In this document: positions 13,690 to 28,000 of the stretch, in pieces
Position numbering within the stretch: the stretch's first letter is position 1
How the letters are laid out: the number at the start of each line of letters is the position of its first letter
Source: Adineta vaga
Lineage: Eukaryota; Animalia; Rotifera
Length of the DNA: 64,000 nucleotides
Direction of reading: 5' to 3'
Assembly: GCA_021613535.1 (NCBI GenBank)
Contig: CP075495.1
Location: 11,780,001 to 11,844,000, forward strand
Notes under the pieces: generated by a model
Seen by the model: the letters and a program-made list of their open reading frames with translations, nothing else
The model's database searches: none
Told to the model about the DNA's origin: nothing
Position numbers and translations under genes: made by a program

Positions 13690-16600
13690 CTGATTATTGA
13701 TAAAAACAAAATGGTGTTTGATTAATAGAAACATTTCTTTTTTTTTCCTAGAATGTATTCGTTTTTCTTTAACTCATCTTCTGCATCTTATTTTTCTTAT
13801 TTCAATTAAAAGATTTTTCTAGTATATCCATAATATCTTCACTATTATTAATTTATTTCTCATATCTTTTCTTCTACGAATATGTCTTAACACTCGGCTA
13901 TATTCATTTGTCATTTTTCTATTTGTTATGTGAGGAAAAAAAGAAAAATGAGAGACCATATGATACTCATCAAACTATTCGAGCAACATCTGTGTGATAT
14001 GGAGATAGTGAGAAGAACTTACACAACAGGAATAAGATAATAGACAACCTTGGATGATTGGAAGAGATCATAGTGATCAAAAATAAAATCGATAATGAAC
14101 TTGGAAATAATCCATTCAAGCTATTTATTGATCAAAAATTAAGCTCTACACTTGCTGTGAACTAATTGATGTATATATATATTAGAATCAGTATGCGTGT
14201 AATTTACGATTAATTAATAAAATATTTCTATTGATAGTCTTACGTAAAACTATAGGTCTTCTTTTATCGAGATATTTCTAAGAAATATGAGCACTTAATG
14301 AATGTGTATATACTGTACTATCTTTAAGAAACGCCTTTCATTGATTATTCTGTTCTGTGCTACTTAACACAATTATGACAACTCGAAGATGTGTACTTTA
14401 CTTTTAACTATGTAAGGAAAATATATACTGTCAGAATCTTCAATAGTATAATATTACCTTCTGATACTTGAAAGTATTCAACTAATTAACTTATTTCATA
14501 AAATTTAACTATAATCATATCATATTGCCGTACGTGTATCGTTTGATGATTCATAGTACTTATCTATTCCATTATGTGAAATATAAATATATCTGTTATT
14601 CGCTAACGTTACACTCAAGTCCAATGTAATTTTCTACATTTCTTCTGATAGATGGTGACTGTTATTTGATACGGAAATTTTCGATTGATAATGTTAGATG
14701 ACAGTAGTTATCAGAACGAAACATTTCTTGATTAGAAAAATTTTGACAAACTATATAAACATGTCAATTGATATCTGACAATTTCTATAATGTTATCAGA
14801 TAATGATATGTTAACGCAAGAAAACAATATCATCAAGATACTGGACTATTCAAATCAATAGCATCGATGGTTTTTCTATACTAAATCATGAGATTTTTAG
14901 TAATAAATATCGGTAAAATTCTACAATGTTGTTTGTATTATTAATTGAGAAGAAAAAACAAAGACAATTTATATTTAGAATTATTGGATTTGTGCTTAAA
15001 ATAAACGGATTGAATTCTATCCTACACGCGAGCGTGGGAGATACAAAATACAATCTAATGGCATCAAAATAGTCGATCTTGGTTCGTGAATATTTATTTT
15101 ATTACTACAATTAGATTTCATATGAACTTGTATACCCATTGAGATAGAAAAACATTGTCGTTTTGCGATAAATTGCACATCGAATACAAAGATCATTATT
15201 AGGCAAATGTTTATCGAAATTCTTAACATATAATCTTTTAGAAATAAATGGTTTAGACTATTGTATATGATCACAACAGACAGTTGTCGTTCATTATAAC
15301 AAACTTTGACATCTAATTGATACTTTTTGAGAAGATGTAATTGTTTCTTTATTATACTCAGTTTTAATGGAAATATCTTCATCTACTTTTTTCTTTCGTA
15401 CTCGACGAACATGAAATAAAAGTAATAAATTATTTTTCTTGTGAAATCTAACCTAATGATACTCTTCTTTCAGAAAAAACGTTTCAATGCACTCTTTATT
15501 GAATGACTATAGGCAAATATCTTGTTGATGGTCGTAGCCGTTTGTTGAATCATTCTCTTTTTTTTCTTCTGTTGGTTGTTTTTAGTCAATTGATTCTTGT
15601 AGAAATCTCTTCTTCTTATTCAATCTTCGATAGATAATCAGATATTAATTATTGATAAGTTTGAATATAAATCGTAATGTTTCCGATTTCTACTATAGAA
15701 AATATTATTAAATATTCACTAATGTATGTAATTGAATTTCTTCTTTTTCATTTATACTTATGATTCTTCACATTTAATTTCAATGGTTCGAAAAGGAAAA
15801 GGATTTTTTTTCTTTTATATTTTATTCATTGTCTATAATGACATGCTGATATTATTAGGATAATTTGACTTGATAGTTTTTTGCATAGAGAAAAAATCTT
15901 CACCGAATCTTACAAATGATTACTGAGTAAGCAAGAGAGTACTGTCGACACAGACAAAGTAAACACACTACACGAATTGACATGTTCATTAGATACAACA
16001 GAATGATAGTCCGTAGAGAAATGTTCATCCCATGAAAATAGATCATTAGTTAGATAAATATATCGATAGATTTATGTAGTGCAATAAACGCTGAATAGAA
16101 TCTTAATTTTTTGTGAACTAAAAGTTATATTGATTATATTCGAAATTGATTTATTGAAACTATCGAATGACTGCTCAAGGTTAAATGAACAAAATCATTA
16201 TTCATTATTGTATAAAAAATGAGAACTAAGTTTTTTTTATTAATATCATAGTAAAATCAGTTCTTACGTAGTAATCATATGTATATATCTGCATAGCATT
16301 GTAACAGAAATAGATATTTTCATAAGTCGATTCTTAAGTAAGATTATTTTGAATAAATAAGCACGCATATTCTTGATTGTCTGATAGATGAAACTTAGTT
16401 TTCTAAGTACGTAGAGATTCATATTTGAATATCATTAATTATGCCCGACATAATGACCTTTCGTACGAGTTGTTTTCCGAACTCTTGAATGAAAATTTAT
16501 TTGATTAGACATATATAAATATATGTCTACGAACAAGATTTTGTTTGTTTTTTTTTCTTCCCCGATATTTTCGTTTGAAAAAGAGTAATGTTGGTGATTT

Positions 16601-17421
16601 GAGTCAGTTAAGATGATGATAAATGAATATTATTATATTTCCTGTTTCTGTCGTTATTCTATGAAAAGAAAGCTAACTGATCAAAATAAACAAAAAAAAC
16701 GACGTAGTTTAAAGAACATCGAATGAATCCGCTACAAATTTTCTTTCTTCAGATAAGAGAAATAGAGCGAGCGAATGAAAGATTCTAAGATAGTCGTTCT
16801 CTCTCTCTCACCAAAGACATTCATCCTATCTCGTTCATTTCTGCACGCAATTAGATGAAAAACTCAATTGTGTTTGTCTATGATGTTCAAATGTGAAAAA
16901 TGATGGATACATGAATAAAAAAAAGCGAAAGAACATGAGACAATGACATTCAGCTTCGTTGACAATCACGATGAAAGAAAGAAAGAGACGAGAAAGAGAA
17001 GACCACAGGCGAATAGACTAAGAAATTCTAACAAAATTAATATATATATATATACTCATAAGACAATGAGAGTATACATCGAAGAAAGCGAGGAAAAGAA
17101 TACAAAGTGCGCAACGAGAAAACAAAATGTTTCCGACTTGCGTGTTCTCACTAGTTTATTTAAATAAAATATAAATTTACTTCAAATAACGAAACAATTT
17201 TGTTTACATTTTAGTTCAATTGTTCATTGGAGAAAAATATTCAACTAAGTTTGTAAAATTTGTCTTTTTCTTCTTAATTTTTTCTACCATCGATTGTAGT
17301 TTTTCACTTCCATCTATATAATTGTTGATTTAGAATCGTTACTCAACGCCATTGAATCATTTTAGATTTGATAACATTTTATTTGCCCATATTTTAACTT
17401 CCGTATTTCTCCAGCATAGAC

Positions 17422-17814
17422 ATGAAACCGGTGCTGTCGGTCTTATTTATCTTTTTACTTATCATTGGTAAGTTTTCGTAATACATAACATTATTCAATT
17501 TGAATCTGTTATATGAGTTTTCTGGATGATTAAATTTCTTATCGTTTTACACTATTTACTTATTAGTTGTAGTTCATCATGCCGAAGCATCCATCAATCA
17601 TTTGAATAAACGTTATTATGATACATGGAATTCGAATGACAATGATTTGAACAACAATAGATATGATGATTCAATGAAAATCTTTCCTTTCCGTGCAAAA
17701 AGTACCAAAAAAGAAGATCCATGTGCCAATAAACCTTTGTGGTATTTAAAATATCAAGCACGTCTTGGTAAATTATCACCATTCTATGATTGTCTTAGTA
17801 TACATGGTTTATAA
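17422..17814 (+). CDS. Secreted prepropeptide (about 97 aa), candidate neuropeptide/hormone precursor, 2 exons
   Basis: Exon 1 17422-17467 (GTAAGT donor), exon 2 from 17567. Product MKPVLSVLFIFLLIIVVVHHAEA-SINHLN-KR-YYDTW...KSTKK-EDPCANKPLWYLKYQARLGKLSPFYDCLSIHGL: hydrophobic signal with AEA site, dibasic sites, two Cys. Confidence 0.75.
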
Positions 17815-18179
17815 AATCCTGAACTTGACAATAGCATGAAAAAGAGACAAATTGTATTATTTATTTTTCTTTCTTTTTTTTCGACTTAAAAACTAATACA
17901 CGCAAAAAAAAAGAGAAGAAGATAATGATGATATCCGAAAAAAGAAGATATGCATTCTTCAAATAAATATTCGTTAAACAAGAAAGAAAAGAGCATAAAA
18001 ATAGATATAGATTTATTCTTCTGTTATATATCCCTTGAAATAAAAATAGAATCAAATCAAAATACATCACAACTATAGAACAAAAACACATTAAGACATC
18101 TGTAAATCACCAGAATCACTGTTTAATTAAGTTGTGCTATCACAGAACTATCATACATTGAGAGATACTTTTATAACAA

Positions 18180-21100
18180 CTAACTTGTAACACGCATATC
18201 GAGTAATTGTTCACGAATGCGTATACTATCTGCATTAGTTGCTTGCCAGATAGTTTCAAGATCAATTTCAAGTTTTCTATAGTGAGAAAAAAACAAAAAA
18301 ATTGAAAGATCATTAAATTAATGACTAAAAGGTTCATTTTAACTAACCGTTTTTCAGAATGTAGATCATCAACAAGTGCTTGCTTTTCATTTAATAAACT
18401 AGCAAGTTGTTGAATACGTTGTTCATGTTCCAAACAACGTAATTTCAAATTATCATGTTGCTGTTTTAATCTAATTGAAAAACAAAAGAAAGGTTTTTAT
18501 ATGATTCTCTTCATCTAATTGAAATTTTCTTCTCCTTCTTACTGTTCGTGAACTTCATTTGTACGTTCTTTAGTTTTACTCTTATAATTCTCAAGACGTT
18601 CTTCAAGATGAGTTAGTTTATCTCCTTCGTTGTTTAATCGCATTTGAGTTTTATTTAATTCATCTTCTTTTACTTTGGCCTATAAATAGAAATAACGTTA
18701 TGCTTGATTTACAAAAAGAAAAAGACGGAAATCTTCAAAAATACCAATGTTAAATAAGTATCACGTTCAATTCTTGTTTGTTCTAAATCTTCAGCTGTTT
18801 TTTCTAATATTGTTGTTATTCGTTGCTCTTTTACTTGTTCTAAGTCAAGTTTTTTCTCATATGTTTGTACACGTAATTGTAATTTTTTATTTAATTTTTT
18901 CAGGATTTTTATTTCACCTTTTAATCGTTCAACATCACTACGATTTTCTGTCAATTTTAAATGAGAAACTCGTTTTGCTGCTTCAGCATCCTACGAATGA
19001 AATTGTCAGATTCACTTGAATAACTTAAATATACATACTTGAACTCGACGAAGAAGTAATTGCATTTCCTGAGCATGTTTTTCACTTAATTCATCTAAAA
19101 TTATGATAAAACTTTGTCTTAAATGAAGTGAGGAAAAGGAAGCCATCCATACAGTACCTGTCAGTCGCTTCATTTCGCTAATTTCTTGCATATGTTCTTG
19201 AACATGAATACGATGAGTATTATCAAGCATTAATTGATCATATTTTCGTCTTAAATCTTCATTTCGTAAACGAATTGTTTCAAGTATTTGATCACTTTCC
19301 GTTTTTTCACTTTCAACCATTAATAGACGTCGTGTTAAATTTGATACTAAATTTACATAAAACTTTTGCTTTTCGTAGTTCTAAATAACGAAATGAATAC
19401 CTTCTTGAATTTGCGTTTTTTGTACATCAGTTAAACGATTTGTTTGTAAATTAAGTTGTTCTTGAAGGACTTTATTTTCTTCTAAGACAAGATATGCTTG
19501 TCGTTTGATATGTTCACTAAGATTGATAAGAGCAAATGTCATGAAATTTAAACAAGTAGAAGATATATTTACATATCGGATAGTTGGTTATCATTATTTC
19601 CAGGTGTTATTGATGATCGAGAAAGTCGTTCATGTAATGAAAGATTTTCATTGGATATTAATTTTACTTGCTCATGAAGTTCATTCAATTGAGTCTGTCA
19701 AAAAACGAAACATAAATAATAACAGAAATTTTTGAAAAAATGAATCGATTACTTGAAATTTTTTGATCAATTCATCTTTTTGAAAAAGTTTTTCATCATA
19801 ACAAACAAAAAGTGGTGCGAGAAATTTTTGATTGAGCTAGAACAAAAGAAAACAAAAAATTGTATAGAAGAATAAATACGACATTAGGGATATTCTTACA
19901 AGCCAAATCGGTGATGGTCCTTTCATTGGCAAACCTTGCACTTCATGTTGTCGCTAATAACATAAGAAAATAATTGACAATAATAAAACTTTCAAAGGAC
20001 AGGAATGAGATGCAAATTGAATATTAACGTTCGCAAAATTCGATTATGTAAATAACACTGTCTGCTAAGTGAAAAGGATGAACGAGACTTTGGTTCAATT
20101 CGAAAGGTGGTAGTAACTGTTCAAAACGACAGTTTGTATACAATGAACGATTTTATAAACTTCAAGTCGTATCAAAGATTCACTATCGTTTTCTTTTAGT
20201 TCAAAAGTAAATTTCAATGATGTAATCTTTAGAAAGAAACGAAGGTATTGAATCATTTCTATTCTTTTACTCTCGTAATCAAATATATCTCGTTGGTGAA
20301 GAATGATTTTTATTCTGTCAATATTCTATGTATAATACATACATGCATTTCTTTCTTTAATGATTTTGGTGGATGTGTTGCTTGATAATCACTTGCAGCA
20401 GAAGTTAATCGATGTACATAATCTTTAAGAAAATGATTTTCATTTTTTAATTCTCGTAAATTGGATTGATTTTGACCTAGATGAAAATGTTACCTATGAT
20501 CTTTTCTTTTCTTTTGTTAAAGACAAACTTTGTGTATAACGATCTTTCATTACACTCAATTCATTTTGTAATTGATCGCAGCGATGTTGTAATGTGCTAT
20601 TTAAATCTTCTAAACCTTTTGTTTGATCTATATAAGGAAAGAAAAAATAAATTTGAAATGAAAAAGAAAAACATTTTACCACGTCCAGATTGTTTTAATA
20701 TATCGGCTATTTCTTGCTGTGAAAGTTTTTGAGATGTTTGTAATCGTTCAAGTAATTCTTCATATTGTCTTTGAAGATTCTAGATTGATTTGATTCGATT
20801 AAACAAATGTAATTCAAAAGAAATGTTCGATTTACTTGATTATTTGAACGAAGTTGTTGAACTTCATTGTTTAATAAATGATTACGACTCTCAAGGTCAT
20901 TTAAATTTTGTTGATAGTCTTCTGAAGAGGGAAGAACTATTGAATTAAGAAAACAAAAAAGAAAAATAGCGACCGTATTCAAGGTAGAAATTAAAATTTT
21001 ACCTATTTGATTTAATATTGGTTTTTTGATTGCATCAAGTACAGTTGTCGAATCTTCAGATTCTGATGATCTTGATACATCATACTTTTCATGAACAACT

Positions 21101-22194
21101 GGTTCTTTAAATGACACTGATCTTGCACTACCTGCAACTGTAGTTGCATCATTAAGAGATGAATGTGCAGTTGTTGTCGATTTTGATTCACCACCAAAAC
21201 CCTTAGGAAAGATTAGTAAATTAGTAAAAGGATATCGTGTATGTGTATTTTCTGATGTTATTTACTTCAGGTCTTGTATCACTTCTGCCTGATGTTGGAC
21301 CTGCTTGACTTTGAACAGGATTAAAAACTAACGGAGAAACTCGTTGACGTGGAGAAGGAACTGTTGTTCGTTTAGACGATTTTTCCTAGTTGGAGATGAA
21401 AAGTTAAGTTTTTGGTTAAGGCTATCTTAAAAGAAAAACATACATCAATCGATCGCGATAATTCAGCAGTAAGAGCTTGTTTAGGATCTAAATATTCTGT
21501 AGAATCTGAAGCTATATAAGAGAAAGAAGAAAATTTTTCTTTATAAACTTTTATTTCAAGGACATTACTTTCATTGTCAACAGGACGATTAGTAAGTCGT
21601 TTTTCAGTATTCGATAATGCTGGTGATTGCGATGTAATCTAGAACATGCAACTTCTCATAAAATATCTTTTTACAAATCTAACTGTTGTTTCATACATTG
21701 TTCTTAACAGATTGACGTGAGGATTCACGGTGTCTTCGTCGTTGTTCTTCGTCTTCATCACTATTTAAAAAGAAAAATTTCTAATTATATCAACCGAAAA
21801 AAAGAATGAATATAAATACCTATCTTCTTCATCTGAACTAGGATCCATTCGTCCGACACTTGATTTTTGTATAGAACGTGCAGAATCATCATGTTGCTGA
21901 GAATTCAGATTTGGTAATGATAATGATTTCGGAAAAAGTAATTGATCAGTAGAAGAAGCACGTAAAAGACTCGGAACCATAGGACCCCATTCTTCATTTG
22001 CACGAACTTTTTGTCGAGGAAACTTTTGTGCAATAGATGGTACAGCAACAATACTTGCCGAGGGTATGATTGCCGAAGCAATAAGACTATATAGTTGCTA
22101 TGAATAAGATTTCAAGAAAAATTCTTTTCAATCGAATTTCGAAGTATTTACTAATACTTACGGGCCTTGTCTTCTTACTACCTTTTGTTTTCAT
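18180..22194 (-). CDS. CEP89: Centrosomal protein 89 (distal appendage coiled-coil protein), multi-exon
   Basis: Spliced translation contains PIWLLNQKFLAPLFVCYDE, RQAYLVLEENKVLQEQL, EVSNLTRRLLMVE, RIHVQEH and C-terminal LEIDLETIWQATNADSIRIREQL, collinear with recalled CEP89 motifs (PPWLLD.KYLSPLLLAYED; QAKLVLEENKLL; EGELEVVWES..REN.RIRE). Confidence 0.8.
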
Positions 22195-22898
22195 ATTTAA
22201 TTTTAAGTGATTTGATAACAGAGAAGAAGAAGAAGAAGAAGAAACGAGAAAAGAAAAATACTTTCTTTTCTTTGATAATGAAATATATAAACGACTCAGG
22301 CAATAGACATCACATCAGTCAGAAGAAATTTTCTTTTTGACGGTTCAACCATGTTCTTTACTGTTGCTAGTAGTAATTAATATGTTGATGGATGGTAAAC
22401 AAAAAGAAATCGAATGATAATTTGTATTTTCACAATAAAAATTACTAAATAACATATATAGAATCGAAATTTTTAGAAAAAAAGAACTTCGCTAATTTGT
22501 AGAGGTCGTTCGTAGCCATTGTAATAGTTACCAATACGTTATATAAAATAGATTTGATTTGAGTATCAGTTGCTGTAACTAACTATGAACGTCATTTGAG
22601 AAAAACAATAGATATTTATTACAGTACAAACTAATCATTTATAATATTAATATTTGAAACTAGCACACGAAATTTGATACATATTTCATGCATTGTATGA
22701 TCGTTTGTCAGTTAAGAGGTACAAATCGTTTCATTATACTTTGTCATTTGCTTATTGTTAACAATATCATTTGATCGTCATGATCATTCACGTACATTTT
22801 AGTTCCAAGGAATGCTAGTTATATATATGCACTTAGTAATAATTTCAAATGAAGATTCAATCTGATGTGTAGTTCCATACGCATGAATTATATGTATA

Positions 22899-23137
22899 TA
22901 GTGGTGGCGCGAGTCAACGAGTATTGAGGGGGGGGGGTGTAGTGAATTTTTTTTGAAAAATATGCGATTTCTTTTGAACAATTTGTGATTTTTTTGGGGG
23001 TGTAACATAGTTTTTGGTGTCAAATGGAAGAAGATTTCTCAATTTTGAGTTTGATCAGCAAAAAAAATAAATTTTTTAAAAATGGGGGGGGGGTCGGAGG
23101 TGTCACACCCCGACACTCCCTGGTCGCGTCACCAGTG
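22899..23137. mobile_element. MITE-like non-autonomous DNA transposon (about 240 bp)
   Basis: Imperfect terminal inverted repeats: TAGTGGTGGCGCGA at left, TCGCGTCACCAGTG at right (reverse complement CACTGGTGACGCGA). Two G10 tracts, GC-rich ends in very AT-rich flanks. No clean TSD. Confidence 0.65.
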
Positions 23138-25087
23138 TATTATGTATTCTTCTACGATAAGTAGATATGTGTTGATATAGCGAGTTATACTAGGTACATG
23201 ATTGTAATCTAACAAGATCAGCTATCCTCCAGTGAAATAATTGGATACAATGTTCTTATATCAGTACATTAACGTAAAAATGTACTTAAATGCCATTTGA
23301 AATGCAAAAGGACATGTTTTTTATGTCAACAATTTCGTATTTCTACTCGATCAAAGTGTGACAAAAGAAAAAGCATTTTTCACATCTAGATTTCTTTCTT
23401 TGTATGTATAAACTTTGCGTTAAAACGATTTTTGTTTTTTTCTTTTTAATATGATAGGAAAAAAAAGAGAATTCTTGTCATTTTTGTTCTTATTAAATTC
23501 TCGTTATTACATACTCGAAAATGGTTTAATAGATTGATAGATTCACATTCTTTCTTTGAACTCATGAGAAAGAAAACGTACCGAAATGTTTTCTTTGCGA
23601 TACCGGTTTATTTGAAGACTCGAACAGGTTACTTTGTAAACAAAACTAATGAAGATATTTTATGTCTTTACTTCTAGATTGTTGCTGGTTGATAGCAAGT
23701 CAAAGAGTGAATATCACATCCTCTACCATCCTATTTTTCGTAGTTCAAATTAGATTTTTTAGCTTTGCGAATTTAATTGCGAGTTTATCTCGATCGGTAA
23801 ATCGACGGATATCAAATGTATCTTGTTCAGTTCAATGATTTTTCTAGTGATCTATTTTTGAGAAAATCAATAGAATGATGATGCAATTCTTTGTCAGTTT
23901 GTTACAGACATCGATTTTTTGGATTCCTTTATTATTTTTATTTTTGTCATTATTACTAGCATGAAGCCGTTCATGTGAGGGGTGATTATTCATTCAATTT
24001 TTAATTCTGATGATAACGAACTCCAGTATGATTGAAAATCAATCAAATATAATTATTCATAGAAAATTCTATGGCGGGATTTTTATCGCACAGTAAAACT
24101 GGAAAATTATCTACTTTGTTACGAAATATTATTATTATTAAATCCCATTATGAAAAGCGAAGAAATGAAAGTTTTTCTGTAAGAACATTTCAATCACATG
24201 ACTCTTTAAAGATTTTTTTTGTTATTTTTCGTTTTAAAAAAAGTACATTCGACCTTTAACGTAAAATTTGATTATACTTATATGTCAAATACAAAAATAA
24301 ACATTGTACAAACATGAGTTCACCGTTGTGAGTCTCTTTTTTGTTGATATAATCTAATAAAATTGGAAAAGTCTTTCAACTGCAATATTTGATCATACTC
24401 ATAATATTCTTTTTCCTCTAAGATTTCGCCCATAGAGAAAAAGTTAATATTCACTTGATATATAAACAATCAAGGAATCGAATATTTACTTTCTTTCGAG
24501 AATGAAAGTCGGAAAGAGAATTTTCTGGAGCTGATTATTATTTCAATAATCATTCGAACATAATAAATTCATCTACAGTTTCTTAAGTCAATATAAATGA
24601 CGAGTACCTATAGTATTTCATTGGAATTTAAATAAATATTTTGAGAACCAAATATCAATGCACTTTTACGTTCTAAAAGTTGACCTCTATATTCCAGTAG
24701 CACCCATAGAACATGTTCGAATGCTTGACAACAAAAATAATAATGTGAATATTTATATTTCGAACGCAATTATTCTATGTATTCTTATTTTTTTTATATA
24801 TATCTGAAGATTTTTTAATCAAACACCTCGTAGAAAAAAAAACAGGGTAATGCTTTTCGATTCATATTTTTGAACATTGATTATTGTCTAAAAAAACAAA
24901 ATAAAAAAATTTCATGACATAAAAGTGTATTTTAATGAAAAATAAGTTAATAACGAATTTTTTTAAATAGATGAAGAGAGAGAGAGAAAGAAAAAATAGA
25001 AAAAAAAACAATTGCAGTATATAAATTGAAGTGAATTTCTTTATAAATTCGTTAAAACAGCGAAACTCAAAAACATTACCTTTCGTA

Positions 25088-28000
25088 ATGTTACAAGGGA
25101 AAAGTTTTATTACAGCAGTTATTCTGCTAGTACTGGTAGCAGAATTCGGAAGTAAGTTATAATTTAATTGATTATCTAGTTTTATATCATATTTATTTAT
25201 AGACAGTCAATCATGTTCATACATGTGGGATCCTGTGTTCGAAACGGACTCGGTCAATCTTCCAACAATGTGTCCTGGTAAGTGTATTGTTCAATTCGTT
25301 CACGATAATCATATTTTTATTCATTAGTGAACACGGCCAGTGGTTCAGCATGTATCTTTCCATTCAATTATAACGGCGTAAGTTACACAGATTGTATAGA
25401 TTCTAATTAGAAGATGAACTTCAACAGAAAAAGCGTTTTCTCTGTAGTATTCGTTAAACTCTTTAATGAATTTAACCAAACAGAGTACAGCAAAATAGAT
25501 TCGAGGAATTCATTAGAGTTTCATTCTTAAGAATCAATTTGAATCATATATGTATCTCCTAAACAACTATGTTTTCAGTAGGTACTGTGAATAAAACTAA
25601 TTCTACCTATGCGTAAAGTGCATTTCTCATAATTTATTTCCTCTATAGATAGATTGTATTGAATATATATGTATATATTATAGAAAACTTACAAGACATG
25701 TACTGTCCAAGGTCCAAACAATGGCAACTATCGACCACAATGTGCTGTTACAGTTGATTCTAACAATACTGCAGTCACATGGTCCACTTGTGTTGGTAAT
25801 ATCATAGATCTATAAAATGAACTGCTCTTTGCTTATACATATGCAATATATTCATTTTTAGTACCTAATGATGCTGTTGTATATTATACAACTATTCGCA
25901 AAGCTGGTTGGTGGGCACAGAATGGTGGTAGTACACAAGGTGGTACTTTAATCTGGATCTATGGTAATCGATTTGCACAGAACAGTTTCAATTCAGTTCC
26001 ATCATCATCAAGTGCCAACACCGTTCAATTAGTCGATGGTTATGCAGTCTATGATTGTGAAATGCATAATGATAAAACAACAAGCACACAAATAACATGC
26101 TATGCACCAGCATTACCAGAAAGTGTCTATCAAATTCGAGTTTATGTCAATGGTAATCTAATTCCACTCTATCAATACAGTGACCCAAATCATGCAGTTT
26201 TTGCATCACTGCCAAGTCAAACTCCATCTATCACTGGTATTACACCTCAATCTGGTACACCTCAATCATTAATTACATTATCTGGTTCATTTAAAACATC
26301 ATGTTATTCACGTGATGTTGATGGTTGTGCTCAAGATAATAATCCACTTATTTCTCGGTAAATTTGTTTTTTCTTCTCTCTCTTATTAACTTATCAATTC
26401 TTTTGATTTTCGCTAGTATCTACGTTGGTGGTCATCTCTGTAATGTAATTAATCAAACAAGTGGTGTAGTGTAAGTAATTTTATTTTTTCAAATAGCTTT
26501 TGATTAAGATTTTGTTTAACTTAATTTTAGTTATGCAGACGTTAATGATACACAGTTGACATGTAATTTTGAAGATCGAGAAGTTGGTATGTAATCAATT
26601 GTTTCGTTTAGTTGCATTGATGAATTCTCACTATTGAATTCGTTTAGGTATTTTCAATATCAGTATGCTCGTAACAAATGAATATGGTCGATCATTAACT
26701 AGCTCAAACTTATATCGTGTCTCTGCTGATGAAAGTTTATATAATTTTCAAAGCTATGCTGGTTCGTTTCATTTTTCTTTTTCTATCGATATTTCAATGA
26801 ATAAAAAACTTTTTATTCAGTTGTTTCAAGTGTTTCACCCAGTTCTGGTAGTACAGCTGGTGGTACAACATTAACTATCAATGGTAATTATTTTAGTAAT
26901 AGTGCAAACTATCCTTTGGTAGTTACTGTTGGTGGACAGCCATGTACAATTCTCAGTTCAACAACAACTACAATTAAATGTCAAACATCAGTAGCACCAT
27001 CAGGCAGTCAAACTCGATTCGAAGGTACGAATCAATTTTCATATAAAAAAACAGTAATATTCATTGATATTTTTAAAAATTTATACAGGTGGTCGTGGTT
27101 TACAACTCTATGTCACATCAGCTTCCAATACACAGGTAAAAATTTATATATTTCATTCTATAGTTCTAATTTAATTTATATATAATAAATATATTCTAGG
27201 CAACATTATCAAGTGCAAGTCCACCAACACCCAGTGGTAGTGCATCATGGACTGATGATGCTTTATATATTTCAACTTCAGCATCAGCAGAAACAGCTTG
27301 GCTCGTTGGTTATATTCGTGTAGCTAAAACAGCTACATACACATTTATTTTGGATACAAATGGTGCAGCTGCTTTATTTCTCAGTTCAGATGATGATCCA
27401 GCCAATAAAGCACGTATTGCTGACGCAACAAGTCCACAATCATCATCAGTTCAATTGAATAATAATACAAAGTTAGCTCTCTTTTTGAAGACATAATGAA
27501 TCAGAAAAAATTGATTTTTCTACAATTTTCTTTTCAGTTATTATTTATTTGCTGTTGGTTCTCGAGCAAGTGGATATTTACGCGTAGGTGTTCAAGCACG
27601 AATGCATCAAACAAAATTAACAGCATCAACATCAAGTTTAGTCTTGAATGAAATTCAACGTATTACAGTTAATTCTGGTGCAACATCCGAAAAACAAGTA
27701 TAAAGAAAAATGCGTTGTCTTTTTCATAAAATATATGGCTTTTCTAATAATTTAGAGTATTACTTATACAAATAATCCAACAAATGGAACATCAGAAGTC
27801 CAATCAGTTCAAGTTGATATTTCAACATTTCAAATTGGTTTTCGTGGTGTTTATACAGGTATAACTTTATTTTCTGTAGAATGATTTAATTTCATGAACA
27901 TCTTCTAGCAATCCAAAACGGTCGACCATTAACTTCAATTATTCAAGCAGCACTCAATGATTTACCAACCATCTATCCATTGAAAGTAACAGTCACCGCA

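Noticed and set aside
15017-15382. 121-aa minus-strand ORF in the long intergenic region
   Set aside because: Composition typical of random AT-rich DNA, with no motifs and no splice partners.
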